Origin: Candidatus Latescibacterota bacterium
GTDB taxonomy: Bacteria > Latescibacterota > UBA2968
DNA: 64,000 nt
Assembly (NCBI GenBank): GCA_965204375.1
Contig: OZ241986.1
Location: 1,760,001-1,824,000, forward strand
Direction: 5' to 3'
Shown: positions 1-9,853 of the stretch, one piece after another
Numbering within the stretch: position 1 is the stretch's first letter
Layout: each line of letters opens with the position of its first letter
Translations under genes and position numbers: made by a program
Notes under the pieces: generated by a model
Database searches by the model: none
Told to the model about the DNA's origin: nothing
Seen by the model: only the letters and a program-made list of their open reading frames with translations

Positions 1-677
1 CAGTAGAGATACGAAGCCCCGATAGGCGCGCCATCGTCAAAACGACCGTGATAGCCTTCATCTACCCCCACCCAATCGAGCGAAGCAACCGTCGTCTCTT
101 TTAACATATGGTGATGCGCGGAAATGATAATTCTATCCCGATTGGAAAGCACCATATCGCGCCACCATTCAAATGTCTCCTGCGTGACTGCACCTGCGGG
201 ATAACCGCCCCTTTTCCCCCGTCCCACAGGTGGCCCACCGTCATTGCGATCACCCATGCACAAAAACAGGATATTGCCCACCTGAAAAGAATACCGATCC
301 CACTGCCCGGTTACGGAAAACGGTCGCTGGGCGGCATAAACTCCCGAATATTCGGAGTTCACACCCATCGGATCCACCCACTTTTGAAACCACCACTGAG
401 TCTCTTCATCGGGACCACTCGCATCGTGATTGCCCACGATATTGTAAAAATGCGATCGCGGATGCTTGGTCGATACACTGTATTGTCGAATCACCTCCTC
501 GCCTTCTTCATCATCGGGCGGTTCCTGCGCGCCGGATAGATCGCCAATATCGAGCATCACATCCCATTCAAAATCCCGCTCTGCCTGCAAAATGGCTGTT
601 TCTAAACTCTTTCGCCCCCGCCGCAAATCCGTTCCCACATGTGCATCTCCACCGGCCCAGAGTGTAAATGCGTTCAT
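1..677 (-). CDS. Calcineurin-like metallophosphoesterase (runs off window start)
   Basis: Not in the ORF track; manual translation from ATG at 677 (overlaps the TGA of the upstream gene as ATGA) gives MNAFTLWAGGDAHVG...LDIGDLS...NIVGNHDA...ISAHHHML, i.e. DxH, GD, GNHD and H motifs. Confidence 0.8.
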   Translation of the reverse strand, partial: MNAFTLWAGGDAHVGTDLRRGRKSLETAILQAERDFEWDVMLDIGDLSGAQEPPDDEEGEEVIRQYSVSTKHPRSHFYNIVGNHDASGPDEETQWWFQKWVDPMGVNSEYSGVYAAQRPFSVTGQWDRYSFQVGNILFLCMGDRNDGGPPVGRGKRGGYPAGAVTQETFEWWRDMVLSNRDRIIISAHHHMLKETTVASLDWVGVDEGYHGRFDDGAPIGASYLY

Positions 678-1549
678 TGCGCCCCCCGCCAACCGATATC
701 AATACTCGTGTACCCATCGGTATATCGCTTCAAATGGTCCGGTATATTTTTCAAAAACCACTGGCCTGATTCCGGTATCTCCCACGGAATATCGATCCTG
801 TGATTGCGATCTCTAAACCCAATCGCGCACGAAAGGCGCGTATCCTTCAACCGGTTGGGAAATGCCCCGTGGTACGTGCGGTGGGCAAACACAATCATAT
901 CTCCCCCATTTGTGAACAGAGGCACCAACCCCGGAATATCAAACCCCGCGTAGCGATGTTCTTCCTCACCTTCGGGATAAAACGAGCGTCGATCTGTCGT
1001 CAGCTTAAATCCTTCGGGACCATCCCATCCCTCCACATGGGAATCTTCGATCACGCACAGACCGCCGTGAACCGGGCGCGATCCCGTCAGATAAAACCAC
1101 TTGCCCGACGGCCAGAGTCCGCGATTCAACACATCGCCCGAGTTCAAAATTTTATCGGAATAGCCACACCAATCGGTATGCCACCCCACGGGCTGAGACC
1201 CCGACATGCGGATAATCGCAGCAGAGCGATGGACGGTCATATCATTTGTGCCAATCAAATGCCGGTGAATAGCCATGAATGGCTCGTATTCCAAAAGCTC
1301 CCATGCACCTGGTCCAGATTCGATCCACGCATGTCGCGTACGACTCTGCCCGCCCGCTAACGTCCCGTCTGGATCTGTGCCGTCAAACACTGCCTGCTTG
1401 AGCTTTTCGACAATCTCATCCGGTAACACATCTTTAATAATCGCAAACCCGTGCGCCTCCAGGCATTCGGACATTGCATCGAGTTCATCTGTAGCAAACT
1501 CATAGCAATAGCCCAAATCGGGCTTTTTAATATGTGAATAGTCTGACAT
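674..1549 (-). CDS. Phytanoyl-CoA dioxygenase (PhyH)-family Fe(II)/2-oxoglutarate oxygenase
   Basis: HGFAIIKDVL N-terminus, WHTD (HxD) motif, distal H in RTYHGA, RLS; GGAGG RBS before ATG 1549. Confidence 0.8.
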   Translation of the reverse strand: MSDYSHIKKPDLGYCYEFATDELDAMSECLEAHGFAIIKDVLPDEIVEKLKQAVFDGTDPDGTLAGGQSRTRHAWIESGPGAWELLEYEPFMAIHRHLIGTNDMTVHRSAAIIRMSGSQPVGWHTDWCGYSDKILNSGDVLNRGLWPSGKWFYLTGSRPVHGGLCVIEDSHVEGWDGPEGFKLTTDRRSFYPEGEEEHRYAGFDIPGLVPLFTNGGDMIVFAHRTYHGAFPNRLKDTRLSCAIGFRDRNHRIDIPWEIPESGQWFLKNIPDHLKRYTDGYTSIDIGWRGAQ

Positions 1550-1567
1550 TTTTCCCTCCATTGATAA

Positions 1568-1693
1568 TCGCGGATGAAACGGATGGCGCGGATGACGCGG
1601 ATGATTCGGCGGTTTAGCGCGTATTTTGATACAGAACCGCGTTGAGTGAATTAAATTGCATTCATCTGCGTCTATCTGCGTCTATCTGCGGAT
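1568..1693. repeat. Short tandem repeats: ~9-mer (CGGATG core) x4 and 10-mer (TCTATCTGCG-like) x3
   Basis: gcggatgaaacggatggcgcggatgacgcggatg at 1570-1603 and ttcatctgcgtctatctgcgtctatctgcg at 1661-1690. Confidence 0.7.
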
Positions 1694-2693
1694 CAGAAGA
1701 CAGAGCATTGCCATCTGTCACCTGGCATCCGGACAACAATACTTCTTGCACGGTCAAATCGTGTGTTTGAGAATAATCCGGTTCTTTCTCGCCATTCATA
1801 CACGCCCTCAACTCCCTCAACAGCGTTGGAAAACTATCGGGAGGTTCAATCTCCAATTCCTGCCAGCCGCTCTGATATCCTTCGGCTTCCACTTCCAAAC
1901 ACAAACTCAGATTATTGGAGCCTATGGGCGCGTGAATCGCGGTTCCCGCTGTCCCGTGAACCTCAATCCGCCGCGCCATACCCACCTGCATAGCGGCCAT
2001 GTCAATCGTGCCGAGACCGCGTTCAAAATCGTGTACCACAACCGCATTGTCAACGACAGTTCGTTTGCCGTAATGTTTTCGGAGAATGGGATGTACATCT
2101 GACGGGCGCCCCATCAGAGCCACCATAATATCTACGAGATGACCCGCCATTTCAAAATAAATCCCCCCGTGATAAATACCGTTCTCCTCTTCCAACTCCG
2201 TGCGCCAACTGTGGGGCTTTGGGATATGCCCGCGGTAAGCGTAAATATCACCCAATACACCCAACTTTGCCAATCGAATAATCTCGTGAACAGCCGGATT
2301 ATAACGCCACATATAGGCCAAATTGAGGACCAATTGTTTGTCCGATGCCAATTTCTGGATGCGCTTAAACTGGTCCAGACTAACACCCGCAGGTTTTTCC
2401 AGCAATACATGCTTGCCTGCGGTGAGTGCTTGTTCGGCATAATCCAGGTTCTGATAGACATGCCCTTCTACAATAACGGCATCAACCTCACTGTTTAACA
2501 CCGCGTCAACCGAACCAAAAACGGGAATATCCAGCCCCTCTTCTGCACTCTTTTCCCGCCTGATCGCAATCACTGAGGGATCGGGATCGTACATGCCAAT
2601 GAACGCAACCTCATCGGGCGATCGCGCAGCTTCGCGCAAGTGCATACCCGTATGACTGTGCCAACACCCCAAGAACGCAACTTTTAATGCCAT
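1662..2693 (-). CDS. Gfo/Idh/MocA family oxidoreductase
   Basis: N-terminal Rossmann KVAFLGCWH, GKHVLLEKP motif, EMAGHLVD. Confidence 0.9.
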   Translation of the reverse strand: MALKVAFLGCWHSHTGMHLREAARSPDEVAFIGMYDPDPSVIAIRREKSAEEGLDIPVFGSVDAVLNSEVDAVIVEGHVYQNLDYAEQALTAGKHVLLEKPAGVSLDQFKRIQKLASDKQLVLNLAYMWRYNPAVHEIIRLAKLGVLGDIYAYRGHIPKPHSWRTELEEENGIYHGGIYFEMAGHLVDIMVALMGRPSDVHPILRKHYGKRTVVDNAVVVHDFERGLGTIDMAAMQVGMARRIEVHGTAGTAIHAPIGSNNLSLCLEVEAEGYQSGWQELEIEPPDSFPTLLRELRACMNGEKEPDYSQTHDLTVQEVLLSGCQVTDGNALSSDPQIDADRRR

Positions 2694-2707
2694 TGAAAAC
2701 TCCTTTA

Positions 2708-5401
2708 TTATTTCATCTCAAAATCCCCCGAACCAACCGCGTGTCGTTCTACACTCCCCTCTCGAATGGTCACAAACGCCGATGTCTGAATCTGCAATTG
2801 CACTGTGCCCTCAATCTCCCGAAGCGGAAAAAAGCAATGCGCCGCCCCCGTATTTGTAATGCGAAAACCGGGATCGTCTTCGAGAATGACCTGCCCACCC
2901 TCCATGCGTTGAACGCGCAACCCGCGCGTCGTGCCATCGCCAAATGTCACCACAGCAACAGCGCCATCTATGTCACCTATTTCAGGCGTAACATTCACGA
3001 CCAACGCATGATACGGCGCACCATCCTGTATTCGCAATACATCTGTAACCCGCCCCGTATAGATACCTCCACCTGTTAATCGCGCTGTTTTCCATTGCAC
3101 CTTCTCCCCACCCCATAAACCCATAACTCGCGCCTCACCATCCTGTTCGCGCACAAAACCGACTTCGCCTTGAAAAGAGAGATTGCCCCTGTGAAAGACT
3201 TCAGTTCCAGGTTGTATAACAATGTGATCCGTCCCCTCCCGATGGCGCACTTTCAGGTACACACCGCGCTCGCCAACATCCTCCGCCTCAACAGAATCGA
3301 CAAACGCTTTATCCCGAAACGGTTCGTGAACAGCCGTGAATCGACTCGACGATCGACCTTTTTCTCGAACCATCAACATGGGCATGCGAAAGTGATCGAG
3401 CAGCGGTTCATCTTCGTCTGCGCGCCGCACAGAAGGCGCGTCGCCCACAAAAAGTTCGCTGTTCCTCAACCCCATAAGATGAATACGCACGGCAACAGCA
3501 TCATTTCCCTGAAAGGTGACGCGCGCATCCTCTGCGCGATCGCTGTGTAACACATTCTGGAAAAATGCAAGCGCGACATTCCGCCCCTCTGCATCCCCCC
3601 GGTCGCGTTCGTATTCTGGGAACCGCACCTTCACACCCGGCAAAAGGTTTTCGCCATAGTGCTGCAAAGGCACACTGACCTCTGCCCGCATATCGCCATC
3701 CGCGCTTCCGTGCATCACCCAATCTCGCTGATCGCCGCCCCGAACGCGAAATACATCAACCACATAGTGATCCTCTTCCCCCGCATTTACAAGCATGACC
3801 AATCGTCGATATTCTTCGGCAAGCCCGGGATACACATCCTCTCCACTCGCTTCTACCCATTGCACCGCGTCATAAGCGGCTTCAAAAGCCAGTAGAGAAC
3901 CGTCTGTTATGTCCCTTCTATCGGTGTGCTGCTCTTTTTCATTGATCAATACGGTATTGTGACACAAGGTGCTCGCTGCCCAGCTTCGGTATCGGGTATG
4001 GGTATAGCCCACATCGGAGAGTAGTTCCTGCCCTCTGGCAAAAAGCATCAGATTCAAATTGTCCGCATGGGCATGCCCATAAGTCCCCGAAAAATGCAGA
4101 TGCACCTGTATTTGATGTTCGCCCATCCCCCTACCCAACCACGCATGCCCAACACCCGGCAGCAATGTAGAATGCGATTGTTCAAGCGGTTTGACATTGG
4201 GATCGACTCGTCGGCTATCCAACCGCGCCCAGGCATCGTGCATGGGAATCCATCGCCCATCTGGATATCTGCAAATATCCAGAAGCTGATTTGCCTTTTT
4301 TACGATGGCAATATCTCGCTCCAAATCGAGGTTGTCGTATCGCACGCCATCGTCCGATATATAACCCAATGGGTCGGAATACCCTTTCAGCGCGTCAAAA
4401 ACTCCCTGCATACCCGCCATTGTCATTCGGTGGTACCCCAAACTGCCTTCATGCCAGAATCCATCCGCATAAAATTGACGCTCAAACAGCCCAATACTGC
4501 GTCGAACCGCTTCATGTACCAGTTCTGGATCGTCCAAAACTCGGCCAATCACCGCATACCCGACATAAATTCGGGGGCTTGCATTGCCATAAGTAATCTC
4601 GTGAAAACCTTCCTGGCGAATAGCCCCGCGAAAAAAATTGTCCTCAATCCGCTGCTTAACATCGGTCCCAATCGCATCGGACAATCGCTCCAATTCACCA
4701 CTTGCATAAATCGCATCATAGGCCATAGCCAGATTAGTCGGCATTTCATCAGCGCGCCACCGCCCCCACTTTCCCCCAAAATTTGGATAGGGCGGTTCAA
4801 ATACAAATCCCTTCTGTTCGTGTGCCCGATCATAACTCACCAGAAAACCCGGATAATACCGCGCGAATGCGTCCAGAATCAGAGCCGCGCGTCGCGCATA
4901 CGTCGCATCTCCTGTTGCCTGGTACAACTGCCCCAAATCTTCCGCAATCGCCGCAAAATACACACGCGCTTCCCGCCATGCCTTTGCCTGAAAGTAATAC
5001 CGAAATCCCGTCTCATCTTCCCAAAATGGGTATGTCACCGTCTCACCCACCGGATTGACGACCATCAGTATCTGATCATCGGGATACACCTCATTGGGAA
5101 ACACCATCTCGCAATAGCGGCACTGCACGCGATGTGGATCTTTAATTGACCACCGCAACTGCCCTTCCTGAGCACCCGCATCACAATCGGGACATCCCAC
5201 AAAACGAAACCCCGTCTTATCGGGGATCAAAGCCACCATCTCCGCTTCAGAAAGCGTCACCACCGCTCGCACGCGCCGTTTCAAACGCGCGATTTCCTTT
5301 TCAGTTAAACTCACCTGATAAACCGGGCGTTCACTGGCTTGCATAGCCAACACTCCTGTGAGAATTTGGATTATGATTAAACAGAGAATGCGTATTGACA
5401 T
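2708..5401 (-). CDS. Secreted heparinase II/III-family polysaccharide lyase-like protein
   Basis: Signal peptide MSIRILCLIIIQILTGVLAMQA; DGFWHEGSLGYH, GHAHADNLN, DVGY and HNTVLIN motifs typical of Hepar_II_III proteins; CxxC pairs near the N-terminus. Confidence 0.8.
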   Translation of the reverse strand: MSIRILCLIIIQILTGVLAMQASERPVYQVSLTEKEIARLKRRVRAVVTLSEAEMVALIPDKTGFRFVGCPDCDAGAQEGQLRWSIKDPHRVQCRYCEMVFPNEVYPDDQILMVVNPVGETVTYPFWEDETGFRYYFQAKAWREARVYFAAIAEDLGQLYQATGDATYARRAALILDAFARYYPGFLVSYDRAHEQKGFVFEPPYPNFGGKWGRWRADEMPTNLAMAYDAIYASGELERLSDAIGTDVKQRIEDNFFRGAIRQEGFHEITYGNASPRIYVGYAVIGRVLDDPELVHEAVRRSIGLFERQFYADGFWHEGSLGYHRMTMAGMQGVFDALKGYSDPLGYISDDGVRYDNLDLERDIAIVKKANQLLDICRYPDGRWIPMHDAWARLDSRRVDPNVKPLEQSHSTLLPGVGHAWLGRGMGEHQIQVHLHFSGTYGHAHADNLNLMLFARGQELLSDVGYTHTRYRSWAASTLCHNTVLINEKEQHTDRRDITDGSLLAFEAAYDAVQWVEASGEDVYPGLAEEYRRLVMLVNAGEEDHYVVDVFRVRGGDQRDWVMHGSADGDMRAEVSVPLQHYGENLLPGVKVRFPEYERDRGDAEGRNVALAFFQNVLHSDRAEDARVTFQGNDAVAVRIHLMGLRNSELFVGDAPSVRRADEDEPLLDHFRMPMLMVREKGRSSSRFTAVHEPFRDKAFVDSVEAEDVGERGVYLKVRHREGTDHIVIQPGTEVFHRGNLSFQGEVGFVREQDGEARVMGLWGGEKVQWKTARLTGGGIYTGRVTDVLRIQDGAPYHALVVNVTPEIGDIDGAVAVVTFGDGTTRGLRVQRMEGGQVILEDDPGFRITNTGAAHCFFPLREIEGTVQLQIQTSAFVTIREGSVERHAVGSGDFEMK

Positions 5402-5402
5402 T

Positions 5403-6695
5403 TTAATTTCCACTCTCATCCAAACGCGCGCGAAACCCGGGCAAAAGAGCTGTTACCAGTGCAGTTGTAACCAGGGCGACACTGGTGTGTAAACCGAGGG
5501 CGATAGGCGCGCCATAGACTTCGGTGAGTTTGCCAATTTGCAGGCTGCCAAGTGGTCCTGCGCCAATGGCGAGGACGAGTGTACCCATTGCGCGGTCTCT
5601 CATATCATCGCGGGCAGCGATAAGCATTATTGAGCTTTGCATCACTGTAAAAAATGCATGCCCCAGACCGGCAAGTATGAGGAGAAAGATCGCAAGTGGA
5701 AAGGCAACCGACGTGCCGAACAGGGTGAGCGCACCAACCCAGGACGTGCTAAAGGCGAAGACAAACAGCGAAAGAGACTGGAAAAGCGATCCAGCGGAAA
5801 ATATCCAGCCGCGACTGAGGCGCGAGCGCAATATATTGACCAAATAAAGGCCAAAAAATGCTCCAATACCATTGCACGCGCCCAGCACACCGTATTCAAG
5901 TGGACCCTTGTGAAGAATATCGTGTGTAAAAATGGGCAGGATGGTCTGGTAGGGAAACGCCAGAAAATTCATGATCACAGTAATGAGCAACGTACCCATA
6001 ATCGGCTGGCTGGTACGTATGTATTGCAAGCCTTCGCGCATCAGCGTCCACGGAGAGGTTTTGAGAATCGCGGGATGACGCGGCACCTTGACGCGCAGCA
6101 TGATCAGGAATGAGATAAGGGAGATAAAAAAAATAGTGATATAACAGTCCAGTACGCCAAATAAAGCGTAAATATATCCGCTCAAAAAAGGACCAATCAT
6201 GCGAGCGATATTTTGGGTAACGCTTTCGAGCATCATCGCTTCAACCGTGCGTTGCTTGCCTACCAGGTCGGGCACCAGAGCGCGGCGAGCAGTCCAGTTG
6301 AGAGACCACGAGAGGCCAAATAGCACTGCGGCGATCGCAAGATGCCAGAACGCCAGGCGATTGGTCCAGATCAGCATCCCAATCGTTGCGAGGACCAGTA
6401 CGCTGAGCCACTGCGAAAAAATCACGATGCGAACGCGCCCAACGCTATTGATCACTGGGCCAGCGATAAAACCGACGAGCAATAGGGGAAAAGATCGGTA
6501 AAATCCAATCAGTCCGACGGCAAACGCAGAGTGGGTAATCTCAAAAACGAGCCATCCCACGACAATCATCTCCATCCACATGGCCTGCCACCAGAGCATA
6601 TTACTCAGGATCAGGTAGCGAAAACCGCGGTTGCCCAGGGGGGCAAGGGACCCTCGAAAGGAGATGACAAATTTTCCCGTTCTTCTGATGCGCAT
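5403..6695 (-). CDS. MFS transporter (MFS_3-like)
   Basis: About 12 hydrophobic segments; ARRALVPDLVG and ARMIGP motifs. Confidence 0.9.
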   Translation of the reverse strand: MRIRRTGKFVISFRGSLAPLGNRGFRYLILSNMLWWQAMWMEMIVVGWLVFEITHSAFAVGLIGFYRSFPLLLVGFIAGPVINSVGRVRIVIFSQWLSVLVLATIGMLIWTNRLAFWHLAIAAVLFGLSWSLNWTARRALVPDLVGKQRTVEAMMLESVTQNIARMIGPFLSGYIYALFGVLDCYITIFFISLISFLIMLRVKVPRHPAILKTSPWTLMREGLQYIRTSQPIMGTLLITVIMNFLAFPYQTILPIFTHDILHKGPLEYGVLGACNGIGAFFGLYLVNILRSRLSRGWIFSAGSLFQSLSLFVFAFSTSWVGALTLFGTSVAFPLAIFLLILAGLGHAFFTVMQSSIMLIAARDDMRDRAMGTLVLAIGAGPLGSLQIGKLTEVYGAPIALGLHTSVALVTTALVTALLPGFRARLDESGN

Positions 6696-6761
6696 GGCCG
6701 AGTTTCAAATCCACCCTTCAGAACATGGAGAATATAACCCGTTGCGATGACCTCTGCTCTT

Positions 6762-7334
6762 TTACCGCCCAATCTCAAAATTACGCGCCACGGCCCGTGC
6801 CATGGTCACGAGAACATCGCTGTCGATGCGCTCGCGATAATTGGGATTAATATATTGAAATTGGATCTTGCGATTGGGTGCTATCACAAAGACCGATGGC
6901 ACGGGTAAAGAGCGTCTTCTGTTATTCATAAACGCAACACCATAAGCCTTTGCCGCTTCAAATTCCACATCCGATAATAGCGCAAAATTGAGGCCCACTC
7001 GATCGCGCATCTCAGCCAATTTTTCAGGTGGGTCGGGCGCAATAGCAATAATTTCAAAACCCGCCTCCTCCAACTGTGACTTCAGTTCTTGCAGTTGTCC
7101 CAACTGCCGTCGGCAGTGCGGTCACCAGTATCCGCGATAAAAAACCAAAACCGTCGGCTTTTTGTGCGCACCCAGGTCAAAATTCCGTCCATTCGCATCG
7201 ACGAGCGTCAGCGCAGGAACTTCGTCGCCAACCATCAGGGGATGCACTTTATTGGGCGCATCGGGCAATTGCGCGTGCCCCCATCCAAAAGTACCAAACA
7301 CCATCAGCAACGCCATCCAGATTATTTTCTTCAT
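6762..7334 (-). CDS. Exported AhpC/TSA peroxiredoxin-like selenoprotein (Sec at TGA 7122-7124, UxxC motif)
   Basis: ORFs 7122..7334 and 6762..7103 are in the same frame; read-through gives VFYRGYW-U-PHCRRQLGQLQ, with TGA exactly at the first Cys of the family's FYRGxWCPxC motif; signal peptide at N-terminus. Confidence 0.85.
7091..7107 (-). promoter_or_regulatory. Putative bacterial SECIS hairpin
   Basis: mRNA GCAGUUG-GGA-CAACUGC perfect 7-bp stem starting 14 nt after the in-frame UGA, with a G-starting apical loop. Confidence 0.6.
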
Positions 7335-7365
7335 AAAAATCTCCTCTGTATGTAAATAACGAATA

Positions 7366-8841
7366 TCACAATGAGAGAATCTTCCTGATCTTCCCCGGCT
7401 GCGCCCAGTTGCATTTCCCCTCTCCGTTGAGTTGTCTCAACAAAGTGGGAATACCCGGATGTTGAAGTGCAACGCAAATCCGCTTTGCATCGGCCTCGTT
7501 CCAACAGGGGATAAACGCCTGCATAGCTTGATTCGCCTGCCACACCTGTCCATCCACACTGTTTAAAATCACCGGATGAAAGTCGCTCTTGCCATAAGCC
7601 TCCCAAATAACCTTGTAGGGCGCAAAAGAATACGGTCCAACGCCAAGCAGCGACCACCAGACGCCTTTGCCAATAGCAGATCGGATCAAAGTGCCTTTCC
7701 GGCCTTCGAGTTTGCCTTTAACCTCAATGAGATATTGTCTCAGTTCGGCATATAGCTCAATGCGGTCCCATAAAAGCGGTCTTCCCGTATTTTTATCATA
7801 CGGAAGCAAAATCCATTTATGCGGAGCCAGGTCCCCATTCTTCCAGATCTCCTTTGTCGCAAGGGGAAAAATAAATTCCCCGGGCAAATACTTTGGCTTG
7901 TCCTCGAACATAAAAATCGCATTCGCTCCGCAAGTATTCACGCCCTGACGCGGTTTCTGGTCAGAAGACAGTTCGACTTTGATGGAGGTATCGAGATCGG
8001 CAGTATCCCCGCGTTGAAGAATGCGCCATTGATCGTCAGATGCCTTTAGAGGAATCGCCCGGTGTTCAATCCACTTCTCTCCTCGCTCTCTGAAATACCT
8101 GACGGGAAATTTATGAGACACATCCAGGCGAAACTTAGCGCAGCAGTAGGATGTACCAATCCCCTCAAACACCTTTGTCGCAGTAAATTCACGTACCTCA
8201 TCCACCGCAAATCTCCGACCACTGGCAACGTAGTCCCTGAATCCCCTGTGAGCATCACCTGAGAAGAGAGAAAGTGGTATATAGAAACACCCTATCCCAT
8301 TCTTGCGTAGCAAGTTGCCCAGTACGACTTTCAACACCAGTGCTGCGATATCGGTGCGCGAGGAACCGAGAAGAACCCGTTTTTTATCGGGAACCAGCCC
8401 TTCTGCCACAAAATGGGGCTTGAGTCTATCCTTATATGAATCGGACAAATCCGTGAAATTTGCCCACGGCGGGTTGCCAAACAGGATGTCGTGATTGGTA
8501 TTCGGAGGATCTGTAATCACATCTAAAGCGAGAAGCTGAGACGAGGGAAAATCAATCTCAAATTTTTGACGTACTTTACGTTGAAATGCCTGAAGATGTG
8601 ATGCGCGGACCTCAATCAAAGTCAGCCGGGAAAGAAGTTCCGGCGCAATCCGAATACCTCTCGACCTGGCGAGACGGAACAGTGCGAGTGCGAAAGCTCC
8701 CTGTCCCGCAGTCGGGTCACAAATAGAAGCCCCATTAATCCATGCATCGAAAATACTCCACCGCTCGATAAGCCATTCTGCCCACTTAATCGGAGTAAAA
8801 ATCTGCCCGATCTCAACACTGCGTGAATTGTTTACAGACAT
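7366..8841 (-). CDS. Orphan amino (N6-adenine type) DNA methyltransferase
   Basis: GQIFTP, motif I DPTAGQGAF, motif IV GNPPW, followed by a C-terminal TRD-like region; no adjacent endonuclease. Confidence 0.8.
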   Translation of the reverse strand: MSVNNSRSVEIGQIFTPIKWAEWLIERWSIFDAWINGASICDPTAGQGAFALALFRLARSRGIRIAPELLSRLTLIEVRASHLQAFQRKVRQKFEIDFPSSQLLALDVITDPPNTNHDILFGNPPWANFTDLSDSYKDRLKPHFVAEGLVPDKKRVLLGSSRTDIAALVLKVVLGNLLRKNGIGCFYIPLSLFSGDAHRGFRDYVASGRRFAVDEVREFTATKVFEGIGTSYCCAKFRLDVSHKFPVRYFRERGEKWIEHRAIPLKASDDQWRILQRGDTADLDTSIKVELSSDQKPRQGVNTCGANAIFMFEDKPKYLPGEFIFPLATKEIWKNGDLAPHKWILLPYDKNTGRPLLWDRIELYAELRQYLIEVKGKLEGRKGTLIRSAIGKGVWWSLLGVGPYSFAPYKVIWEAYGKSDFHPVILNSVDGQVWQANQAMQAFIPCWNEADAKRICVALQHPGIPTLLRQLNGEGKCNWAQPGKIRKILSL

Positions 8842-9281
8842 CCTTTTCAACCCATTCCAGTGCAATCAGTTATGTCAATCATCTGATGAATTTTCTCCAA
8901 CGTAATCAGATACAGTTTTCGGATCTATTTCGCCTTTGAGTACACATATCGCTTCTATGCACACCTGTTCGCCTGAATTCAACTCTATTATACCCGCCTG
9001 AAAATACCTGTCAACCGATTTGTGTCAATGAGGCGGGGGAATATCCCATTTCAGATAGGAAAAGGTAGATCGCATTGAATATTAGGGCGACTTGCAAACA
9101 AAAAACTTGACAAGTTCCTTTTCACTTTTCACTTTGTTAGTTAACCATTCCTGCTCTATATTCCCCAACCACAATCTATCTTCTGAAAATTAAAAAGAAA
9201 CACTGCCGATCAAAAAATTGTCAGAGATCTTTCAGGAATTACTATTTTAAGGCGTAGAAATTACCCAAGAGGGGACGTAAC

Positions 9282-9638
9282 ATGAGTGCGCCAGAAGCTA
9301 TTGCCGATCCTATAGAGTCACCATTGGTGTCAAAAAGAGCAAAAATACAAGAGGTAGGAATCCCTCCTGAAGTTCAACAGTTTTGTGTCGAAAACAACCT
9401 TTCAGGAGCCTTGAACTTGGCACAGAAATTTGTTAAACGTTGCTTCTCTGGGATCCGAGCTCTCAAGTTGCGGCTCGTTGTAGATCCAGAGGACGATGAG
9501 AAATGGGTTGAAATAAATATTACAGTCCCGGATACTGTCGATTTTTTGACTGAGTATAACAACTACACTCGCCTATTGGTCGCCGAGATCCCCTGGCCCG
9601 AAAGAAACATGCTACGGTTCAATTTTAGTTTTGCCTAA
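9282..9638 (+). CDS. Hypothetical protein (possible antitoxin-like small protein)
   Basis: 118 aa with GAGGGG RBS; acidic VDPEDDEKW segment; family not certain. Confidence 0.6.
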   Translation: MSAPEAIADPIESPLVSKRAKIQEVGIPPEVQQFCVENNLSGALNLAQKFVKRCFSGIRALKLRLVVDPEDDEKWVEINITVPDTVDFLTEYNNYTRLLVAEIPWPERNMLRFNFSFA

Positions 9639-9696
9639 TACATGGAGGGAGACGCAGTTTAGCATAGAGCTTCCCATACCCACTCTTGGCAAAAAT

Positions 9697-9746
9697 AGAA
9701 CCGCGCTCAGGTGTCCATAAATGACATCTAAGCGCGGTTTTTATTT
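9697..9746 (+). terminator. Intrinsic terminator-like hairpin
   Basis: aaccgcgct-caggtgtc-cataaat-gacatct-aagcgcggtt followed by a T-rich tract. Confidence 0.6.
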
Positions 9747-9853
9747 CTTAATGAAGTTTAGTTTGCACTTTGCATACCCCCTCAAAAGCGATACTTTAAG
9801 CAAGAAGCGCATGGTATGATCGAATTAACCGCTGACTACTGATTATTCACCAC

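Noticed and set aside
4067-5149. Long antisense ORFs (e.g. 4067..5149 +, 51891..52655 +, 108..539 +)
   Set aside because: They are shadows of well-supported opposite-strand genes and have no motifs or RBS.
6762-7334. Two separate genes or a nonsense pseudogene
   Set aside because: The TGA sits exactly at the catalytic Cys with a SECIS-like hairpin behind it; Sec recoding is the simpler explanation.
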